DNA from: an uncultured Staphylococcaceae bacterium
Lineage (GTDB): Bacteria > Bacillota_I > Bacilli_A > RFN20 > CAG-826
DNA length: 38,408 nt
NCBI GenBank assembly: GCA_964552695.1
Contig: CAZKHP010000001.1
Span: 1,897 to 40,304 of the forward strand
Reading direction: 5' to 3'
Each line of letters begins with the position of its first letter. Position 1 is the first letter of the stretch. The position numbers and the translations under genes were made by a program. Shown one piece after another: positions 30,965 to 38,408 of the stretch. The notes under the pieces are model-generated. The model did not search any database. It was not told the origin of the DNA and worked only from the letters and a program-made list of their open reading frames with translations.

Positions 30965-32065
30965 CTACTTTTCCATCCACACTTTGCGGTCTTTCCAGAC
31001 GACCTTGCGTTTAAAGATTTTTTTGAAGAGGGACACAAAGAAAAGGAGATAGAAATGAAGCGTCATCAACGGATAAATGAAAACCGTCCAGAAACGGTAA
31101 TGACCGATGCGTCGGGCTTCAATCCAAACCGAGAATCCGTAGATGAGATACACCGCACCGAAAATATAGGCAAACGTCCATTTTCCTTGAAAGAGAGCAA
31201 TGCCTAAGTTTCCAATGGCGCCTAAACCGGTACCGGTCCATAAGACCAAACCGAGAAGCACCCAAAACGGCGTCGCCGCGGCGCCCGTGGCAAAGTTTTT
31301 GACCCAACCCTGCCAAAGCGACCGGTAACCGTCGGGATACATACGGAACGAAATGTCGTCTTTTTTGCCTAAATAAATCGAAAACGGAATATGCGCGTTA
31401 CGTAGACTGATGCCGAGGGAAAGATCATCCACCAAAGCATTCTTAACGCCGCGATGGCCTTGAATCGTATCATAGGTGGTCTTGGGAATGAGAATGATAG
31501 GACCGAAAAGCCCCACTTTTTTGCCCCGAATTAAAGGGGTCACACCATCGGCGCATACTTCAACTAAATTGAAAAACAAGGAAAACCTTTCATATCCTTT
31601 TTTCATCGTATGATACGGTTGTACCGTGACGACTTCACCTTTTTCCAAATGCGCGGTCACCAGTTTGGCAAGGGCGTGTTTTTCAAGGCGCACATCGGCA
31701 TCGATGAAAAGCAATAAATCCCCATGGGCGTTTTCGCTGCCGATATGGCAAGCCCACGTTTTTCCCATCCATCCGGTGGGTTTTTCGATGACGCTTAAAA
31801 CGGTCGCTCCGGCTTCTAAAGCTAAAGCATGTGTTTTATCGCTGGATTGGTCATCGACGACGATGATTTCCAAAGGTTTAAATGTTTGGTTTTGTAAATC
31901 ATGCACAAGCGAGGCAATGTTACGTTCCTCGTTACGAGCGGGAATGATCACGGATACCTTGATGATTTTTTCGGGAATCTTGGGCTTGGGTAAGCGTGGG
32001 TGACGGAAGAATAAGAAAAAGCCCAGGAGTAATCCGGTAAGGGTTAAGGCTAGTTCAATCCACAT
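30965..32065 (-). CDS. crtQ: family-2 glycosyltransferase, 4,4'-diaponeurosporenoate glycosyltransferase-like (CrtQ-like)
   Basis: VSVIIPARNEE, VVDDQSSD, FIDADV and TVQPYH, plus N- and C-terminal TM segments. This is the same architecture and blocks as staphylococcal CrtQ. The ATG at 32065 has GGGAGA upstream; the track start at 32074 is GTG. Confidence 0.7.
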   Translation of the reverse strand: MWIELALTLTGLLLGFFLFFRHPRLPKPKIPEKIIKVSVIIPARNEERNIASLVHDLQNQTFKPLEIIVVDDQSSDKTHALALEAGATVLSVIEKPTGWMGKTWACHIGSENAHGDLLLFIDADVRLEKHALAKLVTAHLEKGEVVTVQPYHTMKKGYERFSLFFNLVEVCADGVTPLIRGKKVGLFGPIILIPKTTYDTIQGHRGVKNALVDDLSLGISLRNAHIPFSIYLGKKDDISFRMYPDGYRSLWQGWVKNFATGAAATPFWVLLGLVLWTGTGLGAIGNLGIALFQGKWTFAYIFGAVYLIYGFSVWIEARRIGHYRFWTVFIYPLMTLHFYLLFFVSLFKKIFKRKVVWKDRKVWMEK

Positions 32066-32133
32066 GTCTTTCACTCTCCCGATTGAAGGGCTTTTGTTTT
32101 ACTTATAAACAAAGCACAGTAAAGTACTTTAAA

Positions 32134-32628
32134 TTATAACGGTTCTCCGCATTTTTGGCAGAAACGTGCATTTTGGTCGTTGTTAGCGGAACATTTCGGG
32201 CAAACTTTGGCTAACGGCTTTCCGCAATTATCGCAGAAGACGGCACCCGGATGAGCAACTTCGCCGCAAGCATCGCATTTGACAGGTTGGCTTTCGCCTT
32301 TGACTTCTCTAACCACGGCACCCGCCATACGGGCGACGCTTTCGGAAGTGTTATCGACCATATAGTTGGTCACATCTTTGGCGACCGGTGCGGTTTGGCT
32401 GGCGCTGTAACGGGCCATTGCTCCCATATAACCGAGACTGGTAAAAACACCGCCGACAAATAAAACAGGAATACCGATAAAGCCTAAAAAGAACGTGCCC
32501 AAACCTCCGGAAATAAGGCTCAGAAACGAGATGACCAATAAAATACCTCCGACCCCTAATAAAATCGGACCGAGGATCCGGAAAACTTTGCGAGCTTTTG
32601 AATTTTCATTCAAATTGTAACGATTCAT
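32134..32628 (-). CDS. membrane protein with a C-terminal double zinc ribbon
   Basis: Two or three TM segments, then CDACG-x12-CDNCG and CPKC-x11-CQKCG. Confidence 0.6.
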   Translation of the reverse strand: MNRYNLNENSKARKVFRILGPILLGVGGILLVISFLSLISGGLGTFFLGFIGIPVLFVGGVFTSLGYMGAMARYSASQTAPVAKDVTNYMVDNTSESVARMAGAVVREVKGESQPVKCDACGEVAHPGAVFCDNCGKPLAKVCPKCSANNDQNARFCQKCGEPL

Positions 32629-32681
32629 GACACATACCTTCTTTCAAAATAATCCTATTACATTTTTCAAAAAAATCTACA

Positions 32682-32987
32682 TTATTTTTTTATATTTTTG
32701 GCGTCGGTCTTTGGGACATCCACCACACCGCATGTGATAGAGCCCGAAGGGGGCGGTAAATCATCGTCTGAAGGGATATTCCGGGCGCTCCGCCAAAGAA
32801 ACGAACCGAGCCATAAAAACGGGAGTCCGCCAAAAGCCATCAGGTAGAACATGCTTTGGTCGAAAAAGAACGCCAAAAGGATGCCGCAAAGAAAGAGCGA
32901 AAGACCGATAAGGATGGAAAGGAAACTCGCCACAAAAAGAAGTTTTGTTTTTCGGGTGGCCAATAATCCGTTTTTCACCTTTTTCAT
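32682..32987 (-). CDS. hypothetical small 2-TM membrane protein
   Basis: 101 aa with a strong AAGGAGG RBS 7 nt upstream. Two hydrophobic helices. Confidence 0.5.
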   Translation of the reverse strand: MKKVKNGLLATRKTKLLFVASFLSILIGLSLFLCGILLAFFFDQSMFYLMAFGGLPFLWLGSFLWRSARNIPSDDDLPPPSGSITCGVVDVPKTDAKNIKK

Positions 32988-33034
32988 GATAGGTCCTCCT
33001 TTTTATTTTATAATAGAAATCTTTTCAGTGGTAT

Positions 33035-33064
33035 TTGATGAACCTTTCAAAGAGGGGTTATAAT
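33035..33064 (+). promoter_or_regulatory. putative promoter of the 33090-33521 gene
   Basis: TTGATG (33035-33040), 18 nt spacer, TATAAT (33059-33064). Confidence 0.4.
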
Positions 33065-33089
33065 AAAATTAATCAAAAGGAGAACCCTG

Positions 33090-33521
33090 ATGGCTTACCA
33101 AAAATTGCTTTTCAAAATCTTTGGAATCGGCGGCACCGTCGCTGTTTGGGCACCGACCACGCTGATGCTCATCTTCTCCCTTGTCGGCTTTATTTCCTCC
33201 GGCACGTTTCACATGGACTTTTTGCTCCCCGCCGAGCTCTTCTTGATTGAATTGGTGGGGATGTTGCTCTTGGTGTTTTCCGCTTGGAAGGAAGGCCATT
33301 ATTTCTGCCCGCTGCTCGGACTATCGATTGGCTCCATTGCGTCGATGGCCACGATCGTCATCTTTGCCGAAGCCACCGGCATGGCCAACGGAACGGTCAA
33401 CCCTCTGCCGTGGATGCTCGTCGTCTTCTACATTTTCACCGCGTTGATGTCGCTGGGTTTCATCGGCGTCGGCTTCTTCGGATTGAAGTTTACGCTTCAT
33501 GTGTTTGGAAAAGCAAAATAA
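33090..33521 (+). CDS. hypothetical 4-TM membrane protein
   Basis: 143 aa, AAAGGAG RBS, hydrophobic throughout. The overlapping track ORFs 33247-33447 and 33284-33715 are in other frames. Confidence 0.55.
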   Translation: MAYQKLLFKIFGIGGTVAVWAPTTLMLIFSLVGFISSGTFHMDFLLPAELFLIELVGMLLLVFSAWKEGHYFCPLLGLSIGSIASMATIVIFAEATGMANGTVNPLPWMLVVFYIFTALMSLGFIGVGFFGLKFTLHVFGKAK

Positions 33522-33552
33522 AAAGAAAACGGGATTTCGTCCCGTTTTTTTG
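33522..33552. terminator. bidirectional intrinsic terminator
   Basis: AAAACGGGA-TTTCG-TCCCGTTTT with T-runs on both strands. Lies between the convergent 33090-33521 (+) and GH4 (-) genes. Confidence 0.75.
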
Positions 33553-33560
33553 TTGTTTAT

Positions 33561-34934
33561 TTATAGGCCTTTATAGTAATCAAGATAGGGCTTCATCTTG
33601 GAAGCAATCTCATCAAACATGGTATCAATTCCCTTGGCGGGAAGATGACTCACGGAAGGATCTTGATGCAAGGCTTTTTTGGCATAGCTTAAATCCTTGT
33701 GATCAAACGCTTTAATTAATTCTTGATGCGTATGCACATGGTGAAGGGTGATGCTTAAAGGAAATTCCGGTAAGGGTCCCGCGAAAATGGGGTGTACGTA
33801 GTCGCGGCGGAACAGCGCGTTGGTTTCCACCACTTGACCTAAGGGAAGATTCGGGATTTGGCCGACGTTCGGCATATTGACGTTGGTGATTAATTCTTCC
33901 AAACCCAATAACGCTTTGAGTTGGGCGATGCCTTCTTCGCCCGAAGGTACGATTTTGACGTCTTCTTTGCCGGCAATAATATTCAACGCGGATTGATTGC
34001 CTTTTTGCATGTTTTCCTTACGAAAAGCAACGGAAGTCAGGAAGAATTTCCAGCTCGCTACCGTCTCGCGGTCTTTGAGGTACATATCTTGTGGCAAGAA
34101 TTCCACTAAGTGCCGGTCTCCCGCCGCAGCAATCACGCCGGTTTTCAAGAAGAGATCCAATTTGACTTTTTCAGCGCTTTGGAACACGGTCAAACCAGAA
34201 GGATATTTGCCATCGTCTAAACCTTCTTTTTGATGGTTTAAAGCAAACTCGCGGTAGATGGGGAATAAGTCGACGTCTTTATACGAAGCCGTGGTAATCC
34301 AGGTGAAATGGTTGATTCCCAAAGGATTGATGTGAATGTCAAAATGATGGGCTTTGATCCCCGTTTTCTCTTCCAGGGCACGGGCCAGGATTTTCTGTGT
34401 TGAGAACACTTCGTGACAATTTCCGAACGCTTTGATTTTGGGGAACACGTGATACAGGATCTGAACGCACATCGTCATCGGGTTGGTAAAGTTAAAGACC
34501 CACGCCTCGGGACAATGTTTTTCAATCGCTTTGGCAAAGCCTTCATACATCGGCATCACGATTAAGGCACGGAATAGCCCGGAGACACCCGCGGTATCGC
34601 CAACGGGTTGTAAAATGCCCCACTTTTCAGGGATATGGACATAATCCGCCATTTGATCGAAGGTGGCGGGTAAAATCGAAATGAAAACAAAATCGGCGCC
34701 GGTGAGAGCTTCTTCGAGTGACGCACACACTTCGAAAGCCCATTGACCGACGGCTTTGGGATGTTTCATTAAGCGTTCGCCGATAAAGGCGTTATTTTTG
34801 GCCGCTTGCACATCGATATCGTAAAGCGCGATGGTTCCTCCGACCTCTTTTTCAAGGGCCAAGTCGCTCATCAAGTTACGGGCCCAGAGCCGCGAACCTC
34901 CGCCGATATAGGCAATACGAACTTTTTTGATCAT
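33561..34934 (-). CDS. glycoside hydrolase family 4 (NAD+/Mn2+-dependent alpha-glycosidase type)
   Basis: IAYIGGGSRLWARNL (N-terminal Rossmann fold), VGDTAGVSG, FNFTNPMTM and GNCHEV match the GH4 signature blocks. Substrate cannot be assigned. Confidence 0.85.
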   Translation of the reverse strand: MIKKVRIAYIGGGSRLWARNLMSDLALEKEVGGTIALYDIDVQAAKNNAFIGERLMKHPKAVGQWAFEVCASLEEALTGADFVFISILPATFDQMADYVHIPEKWGILQPVGDTAGVSGLFRALIVMPMYEGFAKAIEKHCPEAWVFNFTNPMTMCVQILYHVFPKIKAFGNCHEVFSTQKILARALEEKTGIKAHHFDIHINPLGINHFTWITTASYKDVDLFPIYREFALNHQKEGLDDGKYPSGLTVFQSAEKVKLDLFLKTGVIAAAGDRHLVEFLPQDMYLKDRETVASWKFFLTSVAFRKENMQKGNQSALNIIAGKEDVKIVPSGEEGIAQLKALLGLEELITNVNMPNVGQIPNLPLGQVVETNALFRRDYVHPIFAGPLPEFPLSITLHHVHTHQELIKAFDHKDLSYAKKALHQDPSVSHLPAKGIDTMFDEIASKMKPYLDYYKGL

Positions 34935-35025
34935 GCTGACATCCTCGTTTCGTTCGCTTTTATTATACCGAGGAAGGGGTCACGAACTAAATGGACAAAA
35001 GAGAACAAAATATGGGCAAAAGGCG

Positions 35026-35056
35026 ACAAAAGAAAAGCCGGTGACTAATCACCGGC
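35026..35056 (-). terminator. intrinsic terminator overlapping the mgsA stop codon
   Basis: Minus strand: GCCGGUGA-UUAG-UCACCGGC followed by UUUUCUUUUGU. The TAG stop sits in the loop. Confidence 0.7.
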
Positions 35057-35440
35057 GTTTTGGCGGAAGATTTCGCCCCGTTTGAGGGCTTCAAGCAAGA
35101 TTTTGGCGCTGGTGAGGTTCGTCGCCAGCGGAATGCTTTGCACATCGCACAAACGAAGCAAAGCGGACACGTCGGGTTCATGCGGTTGGGCGGTCAATGG
35201 ATCGCGTAAGAAGACCACTAAATCCAAGCCGTTGTCGGCGAGCATGGCACCAATCTGTTGGTCGCCCCCTAAAGGGCCGCTTTTAAGACAATGGATGGAC
35301 AATCCGGTCGCTTGCATGACCAGTTTTCCGGTAGTCCCGGTGGCATAAAGCTGATGGGACGCTAAGACGTCTTTGTATTGAACCGCCAACATAATCATGT
35401 CGGGTTTCTTTTTATCGTGGGCAATTAAGGCAACGCGCAT
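35045..35440 (-). CDS. mgsA: methylglyoxal synthase
   Basis: [18 protein letters not shown] and [11 protein letters not shown]. The ATG at 35440 (MRVALIAHD) has GAGGA 9 nt upstream. Confidence 0.9.
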   Translation of the reverse strand: MRVALIAHDKKKPDMIMLAVQYKDVLASHQLYATGTTGKLVMQATGLSIHCLKSGPLGGDQQIGAMLADNGLDLVVFLRDPLTAQPHEPDVSALLRLCDVQSIPLATNLTSAKILLEALKRGEIFRQNAGD

Positions 35441-35514
35441 CGTGAATATCCTCATTTCGCCCTTTATTTTAGCATGGATGACTCCCGTAAAAGCAATGCA
35501 TCGAAGCGTTTTCT

Positions 35515-36267
35515 TTACGGTAAAACCGCTTGCAGGAATTGAAGGGTACGGGGATGCTTCGGATGAAGGAAAAGTTCTTCGGGTGTGCCTTGTTCGACGA
35601 TGAGTCCTTCATCCATGAACAAGACGCGGTCGGCGACTTCTTTGGCAAAGCCCATTTCATGGGTGACCACGACCATCGTCATCCCTTTGAGCGATAAGTC
35701 CTTGATGGCGTTGAGGACTTCCTTGACCATTTCCGGATCAAGCGCGCTGGTGGGCTCGTCAAAAAGCATGATATGCGGCTTCATGGCTAACGCCCGGGCA
35801 ATCGCCACCCGTTGCTTTTGACCGCCGGATAACGAAGGCGGATAACTGTGGGCTTTTTCGGAAAGGCCCACCATGGCCAACAGGCGCATCGCGTCGCTTT
35901 CGCAGGCTTCTTTTTTCCACCCTCGGGCCACTTGAGGCGCCAAGGTCATATTGTCGAGCACATTTAAATGCGGAAACAAATTGAAGGATTGGAACACCAT
36001 GCCCATATCGGAGCGTAACCCATCGAGTTCTTTTTCGCTGAGGGAGGTTTTTCCAAACAACGTTTTTCCGCGGTAAACAATACTGCCCGAGGTCGGTGTT
36101 TCCAAAAGATTGAGACAACGTAAAAGCGTGGACTTTCCTGATCCGGAGGGACCGATGACCACCAAGACCTCGCCTTGGGACACCGTCAGGTCGACGCCTT
36201 TAAGAACTTCTAAATTGCCAAACTTTTTTGTTAGGTTTGACACTTCAATGACGCAGTTCTCACTCAT
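35515..36267 (-). CDS. polar amino-acid ABC transporter ATP-binding protein (GlnQ/ArtP type)
   Basis: [24 protein letters not shown] and [13 protein letters not shown]. 250 aa. Confidence 0.9.
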   Translation of the reverse strand: MSENCVIEVSNLTKKFGNLEVLKGVDLTVSQGEVLVVIGPSGSGKSTLLRCLNLLETPTSGSIVYRGKTLFGKTSLSEKELDGLRSDMGMVFQSFNLFPHLNVLDNMTLAPQVARGWKKEACESDAMRLLAMVGLSEKAHSYPPSLSGGQKQRVAIARALAMKPHIMLFDEPTSALDPEMVKEVLNAIKDLSLKGMTMVVVTHEMGFAKEVADRVLFMDEGLIVEQGTPEELFLHPKHPRTLQFLQAVLP

Positions 36268-36919
36268 GGGCTTTCCACCTCTTTTCTAATTTACGTAAGA
36301 TTTTCGAAAGCGAGAAGGTCACCGCAAAATAGAGCACCGCAGCAAAAATCAAGGCTTCGAAAATGCGGAAGGTCTGGCTCTTCATGATGTCCGCCACCCG
36401 CATCAAATCGCTGATGCCGATGATGGACACGATGGACGATTCTTTGACGATGGTAATGAATTCGTTGCCTAATGCCGGCAGCACGTTTTTCACGGCTTGG
36501 GGAATGATGACTTTCCGCATCGTTTGTCCATAGGACAATCCCAGCGAACGGAAAGCCTCCATTTGGCCTTTGTCGACCGCTTGGATACCCGAGCGGATGA
36601 TCTCAGCGACATACGCCGAAGAGTTGATGGATAAGGCCAAAACGCCAGCTAAGAAAATGGGCATCGACACCCCGAACGCAATGGGTATGCCATAGGCAAT
36701 GAGATAAAGTTGTAAAAGCGACGGGGTTCCGCGGATGATTTCGATGTAAGCACCCGCCGGAGCGGACAGCGTTTTTTTGGGTGATAACCGGGCCAACGAC
36801 ACCGGAAGCCCGAGGAACAATCCGAAAATGACCGTGACCAACGAGAACCCGATGGTTATCAAAAGGCCTTTAAAAAATAAAGGAATATAAGGAAGAAGAC
36901 TGGAAAAATCAATATTCAT
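36260..36919 (-). CDS. polar amino-acid ABC transporter permease (HisMQ/GlnP type)
   Basis: 219 aa with the EAA loop [23 protein letters not shown]. Confidence 0.85.
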   Translation of the reverse strand: MNIDFSSLLPYIPLFFKGLLITIGFSLVTVIFGLFLGLPVSLARLSPKKTLSAPAGAYIEIIRGTPSLLQLYLIAYGIPIAFGVSMPIFLAGVLALSINSSAYVAEIIRSGIQAVDKGQMEAFRSLGLSYGQTMRKVIIPQAVKNVLPALGNEFITIVKESSIVSIIGISDLMRVADIMKSQTFRIFEALIFAAVLYFAVTFSLSKILRKLEKRWKAHE

Positions 36920-36921
36920 GG

Positions 36922-37773
36922 TTAACTGGCGGCCGCGGCATCTTCGACGGCTTGTGTGTAAAGCTCATAGAGCGTTCCGTCGGAGGTTATTTGAGTGATG
37001 ACGGTGTTGACGACATCCAAAAGCGCTTGTTGGCCATTCAGCGTGGCAAACGCATAGCCATCATCGTCAGGAAACGTTAAACCTTCAACGATCTTTAACG
37101 AGGGATTGGCACCTAAAATGGTGTTGGCCACCGGGAGTTCGACCAATAAACCATCGTTATTACCGGCTAAAATATCCAAAACAAGGGTCGATAAGTCGGC
37201 CAATGCTTTGACTGTTCCGCTTTCGCCCACCACATCGGATGCCATCCATTCTTGGACGGTTCCTAGTTGTGCCCCCAGCGTCTTGCCGGTCAAATCAGAA
37301 AGTTCATCAATCGTGGAAGTTTCCGAGACCACAAGGACGGTTTGGGCGGTGTAATAGGTGTTGGAGAAATCCACCACTTGATCGCGTTCTTCGGTGGATG
37401 AGAAAGCCGCGGCGATCAAATCGATTTCTTCGGCTTGAAGCGACCCGATCAAACCATCAAAATCCATGTTCTTGAAATGGACATCCACGGTCTTACCGGC
37501 TTGTGTCGACAATTCTTTGCCGATCAGTTTGGCAATTTCGATGTCTAAACCTTGTAATTCTTCTTCAAAACACATACCTAAGATTTTGGTTTTGCAACCG
37601 ACGAATTCAAAGGGCGGATATTCCGCGTTGGTTCCGATGACGATGGAACCTTTTTCATAGATTTGGGTCAAATCTCCGCCACTGGCGGAAACCGTCCCCG
37701 ACGAACACGAGGCGACGAGTGAAAAGGAAGCGAATAAGGCGAGAAACGAACTGACTTTGAGTGCGAGTTTCAT
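36922..37773 (-). CDS. polar amino-acid ABC transporter substrate-binding lipoprotein (SBP family 3)
   Basis: Lipobox LVASC. IVIGTNAEYPPFEF and DLIAAAFSSTEER are typical of family-3 binding proteins. Confidence 0.85.
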   Translation of the reverse strand: MKLALKVSSFLALFASFSLVASCSSGTVSASGGDLTQIYEKGSIVIGTNAEYPPFEFVGCKTKILGMCFEEELQGLDIEIAKLIGKELSTQAGKTVDVHFKNMDFDGLIGSLQAEEIDLIAAAFSSTEERDQVVDFSNTYYTAQTVLVVSETSTIDELSDLTGKTLGAQLGTVQEWMASDVVGESGTVKALADLSTLVLDILAGNNDGLLVELPVANTILGANPSLKIVEGLTFPDDDGYAFATLNGQQALLDVVNTVITQITSDGTLYELYTQAVEDAAAAS

Positions 37774-37812
37774 AATGTCCTCCTATCTGACGTTGAACTC
37801 ACGCTCTGAGGG

Positions 37813-38045
37813 AAATAAAAACGCCCTCAGACACATGTCTAAGGGCGCACAATGCGCGGTACCACCTTAGTTCACCATTGATTTGGTGCGCTCTTCCTTG
37901 CTAACGCGAAGTTTCACGGGTGACCCTAGTTGACTCAGGCCATCAGCTCGCAAAGGCGTTCGGTCCTTTTTTTCACCGCGCTTCCATCATCCGCGGCTCG
38001 CTATCGAAGAGTAGGACGTACTATCTCTGGTCGTTGCTTTATGGA
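37813..38045 (-). promoter_or_regulatory. T-box riboswitch leader controlling the amino-acid ABC operon, specifier unresolved
   Basis: Minus strand: CAGAGAUAGUA, then AGCGAG, then GGUGAAAAA. This is followed by the T-box sequence AACUAAGGUGGUACCGCG (complement of 37855-37872). A terminator CGCCCUUAGA-CAUGUG-UCUGAGGGCG followed by UUUUUAUUU lies at 37813-37847. Confidence 0.8.
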
Positions 38046-38049
38046 AATC

Positions 38050-38077
38050 AGTATAAATCCGATTTTTGGGTTGTCAA
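38050..38077 (-). promoter_or_regulatory. sigma-A-type promoter for the second T-box leader
   Basis: Minus strand: TTGACA (complement of 38072-38077), 16 nt spacer, TATACT (complement of 38050-38055). The hexamers are the same as in the met T-box promoter. Confidence 0.55.
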
Positions 38078-38116
38078 CAAACATTTTTTATGGAAGCGTT
38101 TAACGAAAAAATGAAG

Positions 38117-38148
38117 CAAAAAAAATCGGCCGGATACAACGGCCGATT
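38117..38148 (-). terminator. intrinsic terminator after the right-edge CDS
   Basis: Minus strand: AUCGGCCG-UUGUAUC-CGGCCGAU followed by UUUUUUUU. Confidence 0.75.
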
Positions 38149-38172
38149 CATAGAAGGGCAAATGATTGGCAA

Positions 38173-38408
38173 TTATTCTCGGTAAAACCAAGAGTATATA
38201 TCAACAGAAAGAAAGTGTTCATAAGTGCATGGGGGTTCATCAAGCGGACATGCGGTAACATAATGGTGGACTTGAACAACGTAGAAAAGGCCAATGTAGG
38301 TGTCGGTATTTCCCCCGTCGTCTGGGTATCTGATGGCAAAGACAGGAGGCTTCGAATAATGGGCAAGAATCACATCAGTTGAAAGCGTGGCACCCCAAAG
38401 AAAAGCCA
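38173..38408 (-). CDS. hypothetical protein, 3' end only; it probably starts beyond the right edge of the window
   Basis: The frame is open from the window edge to TAA (complement of 38173-38175): ...AFLWGATLSTDVILAHYSKPPVFAIRYPDDGGNTDTYIGLFYVVQVHHYVTACPLDEPPCTYEHFLSVDIYSWFYRE. The in-window GTG start used by the track (38373) has no RBS. A strong terminator follows. No family recognised. Confidence 0.4.
   Translation of the reverse strand, partial: AFLWGATLSTDVILAHYSKPPVFAIRYPDDGGNTDTYIGLFYVVQVHHYVTACPLDEPPCTYEHFLSVDIYSWFYRE

Noticed and set aside
38148-38366. The track ORF 38148-38366 (-), 72 aa, overlapping the right-edge CDS.
   Set aside because: It is in a different frame from the edge-open ORF and runs through the terminator hairpin at 38117-38148. 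The frame ending at 38173 stops cleanly before the terminator.
1-38408. A search by eye for CRISPR repeats, tRNA or rRNA genes, IS elements, integrases and known defence-system signatures.
   Set aside because: I found no regularly spaced direct repeats, cloverleaf-like segments, rRNA-like stretches, transposase or recombinase motifs (DDE, Tyr/Ser recombinase), or nuclease/ATPase defence hallmarks. The scan was by eye, so it cannot exclude small ncRNAs.

Overview
This 38.4 kb chromosomal window comes from a Gram-positive, Bacillota-type genome. The evidence for that is two T-box leaders, lipoprotein lipoboxes, strong GGAGG ribosome-binding sites, and YfhO and GtrA envelope genes. TGA is used as a stop codon (code 11). 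I call about 47 CDS, 42 of them on the minus strand. I found no rRNA, tRNA, CRISPR array, transposase, integrase or phage genes.

Recognisable housekeeping content:
- ogt
- an RluA-family pseudouridine synthase
- ferritin
- a T-box-controlled metNIQ transporter
- glutathione peroxidase
- a hypoxanthine-DNA glycosylase
- a PadR-DUF1700-DUF4097 module
- an SDR
- a GH4 glycosidase
- mgsA
- a second T-box-controlled polar amino-acid ABC transporter

Between these sit several poorly understood modules:
1. An operon with clear CrtQ-like (GT2) and CrtO-like (acyltransferase) genes. It also encodes two unusually long CrtI-family flavoproteins, one with a Cys-rich C-terminal extension. No squalene or phytoene synthase is present in the window.
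2. A stand-alone [FeFe]-hydrogenase H-domain protein with variant H-cluster motifs and no maturases nearby.
3. A translationally coupled VTC-domain and DUF4956 pair next to a PI-PLC-like phosphodiesterase.
4. A fused double-DUF1538 membrane protein with two P-II-like proteins.
5. An HxxxD acyltransferase coupled to a zinc-ribbon polytopic membrane protein and a Pr6Pr-like protein.
6. A GT2-GtrA fusion with a phosphodiester glycosidase.
7. Tandem paralogous Cys-motif membrane proteins.

Two edge-truncated CDS are missing from the supplied ORF track: a YfhO-family gene at the left edge and a hypothetical gene at the right edge. About a dozen track ORFs are over-extended at the N-terminus, and I give corrected starts for them.

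All functional calls come from motif-level recognition by eye. No database search was run.
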